DNA of 64,000 bases from Anthoceros angustus. Taxonomy: Eukaryota > Plantae > Anthocerotophyta. The notes beneath the pieces were generated by a model. It saw nothing but the letters and a program-made list of their open reading frames with translations, was not told the origin of the DNA and searched no databases. Position 1 is the first letter of the stretch. Each line of letters starts with the position of its first letter. Where the stretch lies: the NCBI GenBank assembly GCA_010909165.1, contig VJWM01000197.1:1-64000 (forward strand). The letters run 5' to 3'. The translations under genes were made by a program, and so were the position numbers. Positions 25,657 through 38,273 of the stretch are shown here, piece after piece.

Positions 25657-28600
25657 ATGGCAGGCGGGGACGCTAGCGGTGCCCGGCGTTGCTACGCTGC
25701 TGTTAGCCGCGCAAGGGGTTGCAGCTTTGGTAGTGCGCTTTTCTGGGTATGTGTGACAGCGCTCTCAATTCTGCTCCCTTTGCCAGCCGCTCGTGCTGTG
25801 CTCTCCCACGATGGTCAGATTCTTCTCAGCTTTGCCAACCAGACCAAGAGCTCGACATCTTATATGTGGAACTGGAACGAAGGTGACAGTGATCCGTGTG
25901 GTTGGATGGGCGTGTTGTGTGGCTCTGATTCGGCTGTTGACAGGCTTGATTTCTCCTCATGGTCGCTTCAGGACCATGTAAACTTGACCACATTGAGCTA
26001 TCTGGGGAGTCTGAGGGAGTTGGATATATCATCCAACACTGATGCTCAATTCGATGGGCTTGGTACGCTCACTGGGCTGACAAGTCTGAATCTTTCCGAT
26101 ACGAAGTGGGGAAATTCGCTGCCCAATATCACATCAGCCAACCTCCGCTACCTATATGCCGACAGGTGTGCATTTTACAGCGCGATGCCGAGCCTGGAAG
26201 GACTGAGCAACCTGAGAGTTCTCTCCCTTTCTGGCAATGGCATGACGGGTGCATTCCCTGTGCAGCTGCGTAATTTGGTCAATCTTGTTATCCTGGACCT
26301 GTCTTACAATTGGCTGTCCGGAAGAGTTCCCGATCTGGGAGGCCTCACAAGCCTCACCCACTTGATTCTCACTGGCAACAACTTGGGAGGGATCTTGACA
26401 GCACCACCCAAGCTACAATACTTGTACGCAGGTGAGAACAACTTCACAGGCCTGACACTTTCTTTCTTTCAGACCTCCACTCTGAGGCATGTCAACATTT
26501 CCTGGAACCGACTGGAGGGTCCATTGGCGCCGCCGAATAGTGCAGTCTCCGTCCCTGGGCTTCAGTTCTTGGACATGTCATGGAATGGTCTAAACGGTAG
26601 CATTCCGGAGGGCTTTACAGATCTCAAGTACTTGGACCTGTCCAACAACCATTTGTCTGGTGCAATCCCTCCCGATATTGGTAAGAATGCAGTTATTGCG
26701 GGTGACTTGCTGGATCTGTCGGGAAATGAGCTGGGAGGAGGCATTCCCGAGGGTTTGCTACAGAGATACCAGAGAGTCAATCTTTCACGAAATTCTCTAC
26801 ATGGCAACATACCAGACAATCTAAGTTGCAATCGTGTGGACTGTGTGAAGGGTTGGGGTAGCATGGACCTAAGTGACAACAAGCTGGAAGGCCCTCTTCC
26901 TTCTTCCCTGCCGAAATTCCTTTCCTTCTATGGTTCTCTCTGGCTTCAAAATAACAACCTTTCCGGTGACATCACCGATCTTCTAGTGCAGATGCCCCAG
27001 CTATCAAGCATCCGACTGCAAGGAAACCTCTTTACGGGAGATCTTGCTCCCTTTTTTACATCATCTTCTGCTATTTTAATTGGGGAATTAGATCTCAGCT
27101 ACAACCGTTTCAACATGACACGGACAGCGGAAAACCCCAATCCATTACAGGCTATATTTGACAATCAGGCATTCTCGCAGCTTATTTCACCATTCAGGGC
27201 ACTTCGGCTAGCCGGTGCCAATCTTTTGGGCTCACCTTTGCCCAAATTATCAACCCCTAGCTCCCTGAAAGTCTTGGATCTTGCATCTTGCAATTTGAGC
27301 GGAAGCATACCAGACATAATGTGCTCTAGCTTTCCCAACTTGACCACCTTTAATGTGTCGGACAACAATTTGTCAGGGTCCATTCCGGAAGATCTACCTT
27401 CCTCACTTCAAGTATTGGACATGAGCAATAACAAGTTGGGGATGAGCAACATGCCGCGCATTTTGTTTCAAACCTTGCCCAACTTGCTGCAATTGCATGC
27501 CTCCAACAACAGCCTGCAGGGCCCCATTCCAGAAGCTCTTCCTCGTGCTCGCCTCCAAGTCCTGAATCTTAGCCACAACAATTTGCAGGGGCGTATTCCA
27601 GATAGGCTTTTCTTTGCTTTAGCTCAGTTGAGGGACTTTGATTTTTCCAACAACAAGCTGTCAGGTCCCATACCACCGGGCCTGAATAACAGTTTGGGCA
27701 ATGCAAGCCGCTTTGCCAACAACCCGGAACTTTGCGGTGCTCCCCTGGGACCTTGTTCAACTGCTAACAAGCTCATTGTAACGCTGCAGGTGTTGTTGAC
27801 AATTCTGGTTGGGGTTGTATTACTCTCCTCAGCTTTCTGTTTGCTATCCGCACATCAATGGAGAAAACAACACCAGCAAGACGAGGATTTAATTGCAACT
27901 CTTCTGGAAAGGGAGAGTGTCATCCTCATGCCCCTTCGTCAACTTCGAACAGCCACTGGCAACTTCTCACGAAGCTCAGAAATTGGGGTGGGCGGATTTG
28001 GAGTCGTATACGCAGGGCAACTACGTGATGGCACTGCAGTGGCTATAAAGAAAAGCAAGCGCATGAGCTCCTCTTTGGATAAGCAACAATTTCTCAATGA
28101 GGTCAGGATTCTTTCACAAGTCAATCACAGGCATCTCGTCAGGTTGTTAGGTTGCTGTCTGGAGAACAAAATTGCGCTACTCGTTTTCGAGTATGTCCCC
28201 AATGGCACCTTGCAGGAACATCTCCAAGGGAAGAGAGGAGATGTTCGATCTAGGCTGACTTGGAGACAACGCCTGCATATTGCTCTTCAGACCTCTGAGG
28301 CTTTGGACTACTTGCATTCTGCTGCCCAGCACCCCATCTTTCACAGAGATGTTAAGTCTGCAAACATTCTCCTGGACCAGCAGCTCAACGCTAAGGTGGT
28401 AGATTTTGGCATCTCCAAGCTGGTACCTAAATGGGCTACTCACGTGTCCACTCTTGCAATCCAGGGCACCTTGGGCTACATCGATCCCGAGTATTACACA
28501 AGCTTCCAATTGACAAGTAAAAGTGACGTTTACAGCTTTGGCGCGGTATTGTTGGAACTCATTTCAGGAAAATCTCCAATGAATCTTCTGAGCATATGGG

Positions 28601-28846
28601 AGGAGGCCAGCCTGGTGGACTTGGCAGTTTCTGTCAAGAATAAGGGTGTTTGGGGAGAGTTTATTGATCCTGTCCTGCTGGACACTTTGGATTCGCTGGC
28701 TGGCAGAGCATCATATAGCTTGCTTGGCTGCCAAGTGCTTGGCATTGAGATCAAGGGAGCGACCAGACATGAAGGAGGTACGGCAACAACTACAGACCCT
28801 CGTTTGCAAGCATTGCGATCCTTGTTTTGATCAATTGAGCAACTAG
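25657..28846 (+). CDS. Intronless LRR receptor-like kinase, copy A (WAK/WAKL-type RD kinase); net 8-bp deletion frameshift near 28715 as assembled
   Basis: ATG 25657 (MAGGDAS...), hydrophobic signal region, LRRNT (WNEGDSDPCGWMGVLC), more than 20 plant LRRs, C-cap (FANNPELCG.PL..C), TM, kinase GVGGFGVVY / VAIKK / HRDVKSANILL / DFG / GTLGYIDPEY. The in-frame end is in ORF 28646-28846. Confidence 0.9.
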
Positions 28847-29988
28847 CAACTACAAGTGTCCAACGACGATGATAGAAGTATCTCTTGCCAAGTTCCAGGC
28901 TTGTGAAGACACGTCACACTGGGGGAGACGTGTGTGGCGGTCACATAGGCAGATGTCCTGTAGAAAAGAGGACGACTTTGTGTAGTCTTTTGTATGCAAG
29001 TTTACCATGTACTTCAAACCTCAGACCTGTTCAATACTAGCACCTCTAACCGTCGCCTCATTCGGAATCCGGATGCCCTATTTTTGTGTTCCACAATACA
29101 AAAACAGGGCATATGTGTCATGTTTCCTCCTTGTGTGTTTCTCATCCTCCTGTTCACTAGGCAAAAGACATGTTATGATAAGAAGAGCAAACATAATAAT
29201 CCAAAACCTGGTGTGTGGCTGTTCAAATTTCTGGTCTTCAGGCAGCTGTGATGGCAACCTGAACCTTGGGACACTATCACGAACTTGAAGGAGCTGCCAC
29301 ATGTCGTTGGTCTTGGCACTGTCCTTTCAACATATGCATATGTAGTGCATATGATGAACCTTCAGTGACAGGTGTGGCCCTTGGGCCTCATTTGCAAGGT
29401 TGTCTGAACGATGAAATGTTGATATGTAAAGAGGATTTTTGGCTCAAACAAAGGAGGATTTTTTTGGCTCTTGTCCCATGATTTCAGCACTAGAAATCTC
29501 CCGGAGCAGCAACCCAGATATCAACTGCCTGTCCAGGTGCCTGACTTAAAGTTGTCACGACGTAGGCCTGCGTTCCAAGGTTGTCTGAATGTTGGTGCAC
29601 ATGTACGCGATTCCACTTGAAAGCGCTCTAGAACGAGCAAGAATCCTCCTTCACTTGCACATACGTCACAAGAAATGGCTCTGCCTAGGGACCCGCCAAG
29701 GTATGACGTCAAGTTGTTAGCCCACATTGTTGAGATTGTACAAGTTTCAATGTCTTGAAATGCTCAAAATGTAAATATCTACACTGCTTGTTCACAAAGA
29801 GAGAGACGAATCCCAATTCAGTAGGCCATCTGCCATGCTCGTGTGAAACTTTCAAGAAGCTGGCATATCCCAGCTATTCCAAAGCGGCCTCCTAGGTTAC
29901 AGGATCCCCTTTTGCTTTTGAAGCTTTCCTTTAGCGTTCGACTCTGGAGGCGTGGTTGCAACTTGCAACCGGAAGCCAAGGCTGGACA

Positions 29989-32900
29989 ATGGCCGGCGGT
30001 GATGCTGCCCAGCATTGGTACGCAGGTGCTGTTTGCCGACGCGCAAGTGCAAGGCGCTGCAGTTTTGGTTGTGCAGTTTTGTGGGTATGTGTGACAGCGC
30101 TCTCGATTTTGCTCCATTTGCCAGCCGCTCGTGCTGGGCTCTCCCACGATGGTCAGATTCTTCTCAGCTTTGCCGAACAGCCCACCAACCAGTTCCACAA
30201 CAGTGTGCCGGTTCGGTACGGGGTTGCTACTAGCGTCACGAATCGATCCGCGCATATGGCGAACTGGAACGAGAGTGACACCGATCCGTGTAGTTGGGCG
30301 GGCGTGTTATGTGGCTCTGATTCTGCTGTGGTCCGGCTCGATTTCTCCTCATGGTCGCTTCAGGACCATGTAAACTTGACCACATTGAGCTATCTGGGAG
30401 TCTGAGAGAGTTGGATATATCATCCAACACTGATGCTCAATTCGATGGGCTTGGTACGCTCACTGGGCTGACAAGTCTGAATCTTTCCGATACGAAGTGG
30501 GGAAATTCGCTGCCCAATATCACATCAGCCAACCTCCGCTACCTATATGCCGACAGGTGTGCATTTTACAGCGCGATGCCGAGCCTGGAAGGACTGAGCA
30601 ACCTGAGGGTTCTGTCCTCTCTGGCAATGGCATGACGGGTGCATTCCTGTGCAGCTGCGTAATTTGGTCAATCTTGTTATCCTGGACCTGTCTTACAATT
30701 GGCTGTCCGGAAGAGTTCCCGATCTGGGAGGCCTCACAAGCCTCACCCACCTGATTCTCACTGGCAACAACTTGGGAGGGATCTTGACAGCACCACCCAA
30801 GCTACAATACTTGTACGCAGGTGAGAACAACTTCACAGGCCTGACACTTTCTTTCTTTCAGACCTCCACTCTGAGGCATGTCAACATTTCCTGGAACCGA
30901 CTGGAGGGTCCATTGGCGCCGCCGAATAGTGCAGTCTCCGTCCCTGGGCTTCAGTTCTTGGACATGTCATGGAATGGTCTAAACGGTAGCATTCCGGAGG
31001 GCTTTACAGATCTCAAGTACTTGGACCTGTCCTGAACCGTCTCAACGGCACCATTCCAATGGGCCTTACAGAGGTCATGTACTTGGATCTGTCCAACAAC
31101 CATTTGTCTGGTGCAATCCTTCCGATATTGGTAAGAATGCAGTTATTGCGGGTGACTTGCTGGATCTGTCGGGAAATGAGCTGGGAGGAGGCATTCCCGA
31201 GGGTTTGCTACAGAGATACCAGAGTGCAATCAATCTTTCACGAAATTTTCTAGATGGCAGTATACCAGACAATCTAAGTTGCAATCGTGTGGACTGTGTG
31301 AAGGGTTGGGGTAGCATGGACCTAAGTGACAACAAGCTGGAAGGCCCTCTTCCTTCTTCCCTGCCGAAATTCCTTTCCTTCTATGGTTCTCTGGCTTCAA
31401 AATAACAACCTTTCCGGTGACATCACCGATCTTCTAGTGCAGATGCCCCAGCTATCAAGCATCCGACTGCAAGGACTGAGCAACCTGAGGGTTCTGTCCC
31501 TCTCTGGCAATGGTATTGCGGGTGCCTCCTTCCTGGAGCAGCTGCTGAATTTGGTCAGTCTTGAGTTCCTGGACCTCTTACAATTGGCTGACGGGAGGAG
31601 TTGGCCGTCTGGAGGGCCTCACAAGCCTCACCCACCTGATTCTCACTGGCAACAAGTTGACAGGGATCATGGAAACACCACCCAAGCTACAATACTTGTA
31701 CGCAGGTGAGAACTTCTTCACAGGTCTACCGCCTTCGTTCTTCAAGAGCTCCACTCTGAGGCAGGTTAACATTTCCTGGAACCTACTGGAGGGACCATTG
31801 GCGCCGCCGAATACCACAGTTTTTGTCCCCGCTTCAGTGGTTGGACCTGTCCTGAACCGTCTCAACGGCACCATTCCAATGGGCCTTACAGAGGTCATGT
31901 ACTTGGATCTGTCCAACAACAAATTGTCTGGTGCAATCCTTCCGATATTGGTATGAATATTGATGCAGGTATTGTGGGTGACTTGCTGGATCTGTCGGGA
32001 AATGAGCTGACAGGCAGCATTCCTGAGGGTTTGCTACAGAGATACCAGAGTGCAATCAATCTTTCACGAAATTTTCTAGATGGCAGTATACCAGACGATC
32101 TTGCAATCGTGTGGCCTGTGCGAGGGGTGAAGCTTGTCGGAGCATGGACTTGAGTGACAACAAGCTGGAAGGCCCTCTTCCTTCTTCCCTGCCGAGATTC
32201 CTTGCCTGGTTCAGTACTCTCTGGCTTCAAACAATAACCTCTCTGGTGACATCACTCATCTTCTACTCAAGATGCCCTGACTCGCAAGCATCCGGCTGAG
32301 GAAATCTCTTTACCGGAGATCTCACTCCTTCTTCACATCACCTGCTAATGAGTATGTCGAGGAATTAGATCTCAGCTACAACGGTTTCAACGTGACACAC
32401 AACAGAAAACCCAAATCCACTAAAGGTTATATTTGACAATCAGGCATTCTCGCAGCTTATTTCACCATTCAGGGCACTTCGGCTAGCCGGTGCCAATCTT
32501 TTGGCTCACCTTTGCCCAAATTATCAACCCCTAGCTCCCTGAAAGTCTTGGATCTGTCCAACAACAAATTGTCTGGTGCAATCCTTCCGATATTGGTATG
32601 AATATTGATGCAGGTATTGTGGGTGACTTGCTGGATCTGTCGGGAAATGAGCTGACAGGCAGCATTCCTGAGGGTTTGCTACAGAGATACCAGAGTGCAA
32701 TCAATCTTTCACGAAATTTTCTAGATGGCAGTATACCAGACGATCTTGCAATCGTGTGGCCTGTGCGAGGGGTGAAGCTTGTCGGAGCATGGACTTGAGT
32801 GACAACAAGCTGGAAGGCCTCTTCCTTCTTCCCTGCCGAGATTCCTTGCCTGGTTCAGTACTCTCTGGCTTCAAACAATAACCTCTCTGGTGACATCACT

Positions 32901-35900
32901 CATCTTCTACTCAAGATGCCCTGACTCGCAAGCATCCGGCTGAGGAAATCTTTACCGGAGATCTCACTCCTTCTTCACATCACCTGCTAATGAGTATGTC
33001 GAGGAATTAGACCTCAGCTACAACGGTTTCAACGTGACACACACAACAGAAAACCCAAATCCACTAAAGGTTATATTTGAAGATCAAATACAGGAAACTT
33101 CTAAACGGCGATTTGGGACACTTCGTCTAGCGGGTAACAATCTTTTGGGGTTAGCGTTGCCCGAGATGTCAGCCCCAGTTCCTGGAAGTGTTGGATCTTG
33201 CATCTTGCAATTTGAGCGGAAGCATACCAGACATAATGTGCTCTAGCTTTCCCAACTTGACCACCTTTAATGTGTCGGACAACAATTTGTCAGGGTCCAT
33301 TCCGGAAGATCTACCTTCCTCACTTCAAGTATTGGACATGAGCAATAACAAGTTGACAGGGATCATGGAAACACCACCCAAGCTACAATACTTGTACGCA
33401 GGTGAGAACTTCTTCACAGGTCTACCGCCTTCGTTCTTCAAGAGCTCCACTCTGAGGCAGGTTAACATTTCCTGGAACCTACTGGAGGGACCATTGGCGC
33501 CGCCGAATACCACAGTTTTTGTCCCCGCTTCAGTGGTTGGACCTGTCCTGAACCGTCTCAACGGCACCATTCCAATGGGCCTTACAGAGGTCATGTACTT
33601 GGATCTGTCCAACAACAAATTGTCTGGTGCAATCCTTCCGATATTGGTATGAATATTGATGCAGGTATTGTGGGTGACTTGCTGGATCTGTCGGGAAATG
33701 AGCTGACAGGCAGCATTCCTGAGGGTTTGCTACAGAGATACCAGAGTGCAATCAATCTTTCACGAAATTTTCTAGATGGCAGTATACCAGACGATCTTGC
33801 AATCGTGTGGCCTGTGCGAGGGGTGAAGCTTGTCGGAGCATGGACTTGAGTGACAACAAGCTGGAAGGCCCTCTTCCTTCTTCCCTGCCGAGATTCCTTG
33901 CCTGGTTCAGTACTCTCTGGCTTCAAAACAATAACCTCTCTGGTGACATCACTCATCTTCTACTCAAGATGCCCCGACTCGCAAGCATCCGGCTGCGAGG
34001 AAATCTCTTTACCGGAGATCTCACTCCCTTCTTCACATCACCTGCTAATGAGTATGTCGAGGAATTAGACCTCAGCTACAACGGTTTCAACGTGACACAC
34101 ACAACAGAAAACCCAAATCCACTAAAGGTTATATTTGAAGATCAAATACAGGAAACTTCTAAACGGCGATTTGGGACACTTCGTCTAGCGGGTAACAATC
34201 TTTTGGGGTTAGCGTTGCCCGAGATGTCAGCCCCAGTTCCTGGAAGTGTTGGATCTTGCATCTTGCAATTTGAGGGGAAGAATACCAGACTCCTTCACCT
34301 CTAGGTTCCCGAACTTGACCACCCTTAATGTGTCACATAACAATTTCTTAGGGCCTTTACCAGAAGATCTACCCCCTCTCTTCAAGTATTGGACATTAGC
34401 AACAACCATTTGGAGATGGGCAATATGTCGCGTTATCTTTTTCAAGGCTTGCCCAACTTGCTGCAATTGCATGCCTCCAACAACAGCCTGCAGGGCCCCA
34501 TTCCAGAAGCTCTTCCTCGTGCTCGCCTCCAAGTCCTGAATCTTAGCCACAACAATTTGCAGGGCGTATTCCAGATAGGCTTTTCTTTGCTTTAGCTCAG
34601 TTGAGGACTTTGATTTTTCCAACAACAAATTGTCTGGTGCAATCCTTCCGATATTGGTATGAATATTGATGCAGGTATTGTGGGTGACTTGCTGGATCTG
34701 TCGGGAAATGAGCTGACAGGCAGCATTCCTGAGGGTTTGCTACAGAGATACCAGAGTGCAATCAATCTTTCACGAAATTTTCTAGATGGCAGTATACCAG
34801 ACGATCTTGCAATCGTGTGGCCTGTGCGAGGGGTGAAGCTTGTCGGAGCATGGACTTGAGTGACAACAAGCTGGAAGGCCCTCTTCCTTCTTCCCTGCCG
34901 AGATTCCTTGCCTGGTTCAGTACTCTCTGGCTTCAAAACAATAACCTCTCTGGTGACATCACTCATCTTCTACTCAAGATGCCCTGACTCGCAAGCATCC
35001 GGCTGAGGAAATCTCTTTACCGGAGATCTCACTCCTTCTTCACATCACCTGCTAATGAGTATGTCGAGGAATTAGACCTCAGCTACAACGGTTTCAACGT
35101 GACACACACAACAGAAAACCCAAATCCACTAAAGGTTATATTTGAAGATCAAATACAGGAAACTTCTAAACGGCGATTTGGGACACTTCGTCTAGCGGGT
35201 AACAATCTTTTGGGGTTAGCGTTGCCCGAGATGTCAGCCCCAGTTCCTGGAAGTGTTGGATCTTGCATCTTGCAATTTGAGGGGAAGAATACCAGACTCC
35301 TTCACCTCTAGGTTCCCGAACTTGACCACCCTTAATGTGTCACATAACAATTTCTTAGGGCCTTTACCAGAAGATCTACCCCCTCTCTTCAAGTATTGGA
35401 CATTAGCAACAACCATTTGGAGATGGGCAATATGTCGCGTTATCTTTTTCAAGGCTTGCCCAACTTGCTGCAGTTCTACGCTTCTGCAGGGCCCCATTCC
35501 TGATGTTTTACCTCGTACTAGCATGCAGATCCTGAATCTTAGCCACAACAATTTGCAGGGACGTATTCCAGACAGGCTTTTCTTTACTTTAGCTCAGTTG
35601 AAGGATTTTGACATTTCCGACAACAAGCTGTCAGGTCCCATACCACCGGGCCTGAATCCAAGCCGCTTTGCCAACAACCCGGAACTTTGCGGTGCTCCCC
35701 TGGACCTTGTTCAACTGCTAACAAGCTCATTGTAACGCTGCAGGTGTTGTTGACAATTCTGGTTGGGCTCGTGTTACTGTCCTCGATGTTCTGTGCGGTA
35801 TCAGCATATCAATGGAAAAACCAACACCAGCAAGACGAGGATTTAATTGCAGCTCTTCTGGAAGAGAGAGCGTCATCATCATGACTCTTCGTCAACTTCG

Positions 35901-37067
35901 AACAGCCACTGGCAACTTCTCACGAAGCTCAGAAATTGGGGTGGGCGGATTTGGAGTCGTATACGCAGGGCAACTACGTGATGGCACTGCAGTGGCTATA
36001 AAGAAAAGCAAGCGCATGAGCTCCTCTTTGGATAAGCAACAATTTCTCAATGAGGTCAGGATTCTTTCACAAGTCAATCACAGGCATCTCGTCAGGTTGT
36101 TAGGTTGCTGTCTGGAGAAGAAAATTGCTCTACTTGTTTTCGAGTATGTCCCCAATGGCACCTTGGAGGAACACCTCCAAGGAAAACGAGGAGACATTCG
36201 ATCTAGGCTCACTTGGACACAACGCCTGCATATTGCTCTTCAGACCTCTGAGGCTTTGGACTATTTGCATTCTGCTGCCCAGCACCCCATCTTTCACAGA
36301 GATGTTAAGTCTGCAAACATTCTCCTGGACCAGCAGCTCAACGCTAAGGTGGTAGATTTTGGCATCTCAAGCTGGTACCTAAATGGGCTACTCACGTGTC
36401 CACCCTTGCAATCCAGGGCACCTTGGAGGAACACCTCCAAGGAAAACGAGGAGACATTCGATCTAGGCTCACTTGGACACAACGCCTGCATATCGCTCTT
36501 CAGACCTCTGAGGCTTTGGACTATTTGCATTCTGCAGCCCAGCAGCCCATCTTTCATAGAGATGTTAAGTCTGCAAATATTCTCCTGGACCAGCAGCTCA
36601 ACGCCAAGGTGGCAGATTTTGGCATTTCCAAACTGGCACCTAAATGGGCCACACACGTGTCCACTCTTGCAATCCAGGGCACCTTGGGCTACATCGATCC
36701 CGAGTATTACACAAGCTTCCAATTGACAAGTAAAAGTGACGTTTACAGCTTTGGCGCGGTATTGTTGGAACTCATTTCAGGAAAATCTCCAATGAATCTT
36801 CTGAGCATATGGGAGGAGGCCAGCCTGGTGGACTTGGCAGTTTCTGTCAAGAATAAGGGTGTTTGGGGAGAGTTTATTGATCCTGTCCTGCTGGACACTT
36901 TGGATTCGCCGGCTGGCAGAGCATCAATGGAGAGCATAGCTTGCTTGGCTGCCAAGTGCTTGGCATTGAGATCAAGGGAGCGACCAGACATGAAGGAGGT
37001 ACGGCAACAACTACAGACCCTCGTTTGCAAGCATTGCGATCCTTGTTTTGATCAATTGAGCAACTAG
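29989..37067 (+). pseudogene. Chimeric, frameshifted LRR-RLK mosaic (copy B) of reiterated A- and C-type segments; possibly an assembly artefact
   Basis: Segments are near-identical to A or C, joined at 9-13-bp microhomologies. The C-type block starting MNIDAGIVGDLLDL occurs 4 times (31953, 32598, 33649, 34659). A kinase sub-block is duplicated at ~36410. Many 1-2-bp deletions. Confidence 0.75.
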
Positions 37068-38273
37068 CAACTACAAGTGTCCAACGACGATGATAGAAGT
37101 ATCTCTTGCCAAGTTCCAGGCTTGTGAAGACACGTCACACTGGGGGAGACGTGTGTGGCGGTCACATAGGCAGATGTCCTGTAGAAAGAGGACGACTTTG
37201 TGTAGTCTTTTGTATGCAAGTTTACCATGTACTTCAAACCTCAGACCTGTTCAATACTAGCACCTCTAACCGTCGCCTCATTCGGAATCCGGATGCCCTA
37301 TTTTTGTGTTCCACAATACAAAAACAGGGCATATGTGTCATGTTTCCTCCTTGTGTGTTTCTCATCCTCCTGTTCACTAGGCAAAAGACATGTTATGATA
37401 AGAAGAGCAAACATAATAATCCAAAACCTGGTGTGTGGCTGTTCAAATTTCTGGTCTTCAGGCAGCTGTGATGGCAACCTGAACCTTGGACACTATCACG
37501 AACTTGAAGGAGCTGCCACATGTCGTTGGTCTTGGCACTGTCCTTTCAACATATGCATATGTAGTGCATATGATGAACCTTCAGTGACAGGTGTGGCCCT
37601 TGGGCCTCATTTGCAAGGTTGTCTGAACGATGAAATGTTGATATGTAAAGAGGATTTTTTGGCTCAAACAAAGGAGGATTTTTTTGGCTCTTGTCCCATG
37701 ATTTCAGCACTAGAAATCTCCCGGAGCAGCAACCCAGATATCAACTGCCTGTCCAGGTGCCTGACTTAAAGTTGTCACGACGTAGGCCTGCGTTCCAAGG
37801 TTGTCTGAATGTTGGTGCACATGTACGCGATTCCACTTGAAAGCGCTCTAGAACGAGCAAGAATCCCTCCTTCACTTGCACATACGTCACAAGAAATGGC
37901 TCTGCCTAGGGACCCGCCAAGGTATGACGTCAAGCCGTTAGCCCACATTGTTGAGATTGTACAAGTTTCAATGTCTTGAAATGCTCAAAATGTAAATATC
38001 TACACTGCTTGTTCACAAAGAGAGAGACGAATCCCAATTCAGTAGGCCATCTGCCATGCTCGTGTGAAACTTTCAAGAAGCTGGCATATCCCAGCTATTC
38101 CAAAGCGGCCTCCTAGGTTACAGGATCCCCTTTTGCTTTTGAAGCTTTCCTTTAGCGTTCGACTCTGAGGCGTGGTTGCAACTTGCAACCGGAAGCCAAG
38201 GCTGGACAATGGCCGGCGGTGATGCTGCCCAGCATTGGTACGCAGGTGCTGTTTGCCGACGCGCAAGTGCAAG
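37068..38273 (+). repeat. Near-identical duplicate of the inter-RLK spacer 28847-30053
   Basis: Same sequence and ORF fragments (QVYHVLQTSDLF...); differences are mostly homopolymer length. Confidence 0.9.

Noticed and set aside
29989-37067. Programmed somatic LRR assembly analogous to lamprey VLR
   Set aside because: No recombinase, deaminase or signal sequences nearby; segments are plain copies of the flanking genes; artefact or ordinary repair/unequal crossing-over is more parsimonious
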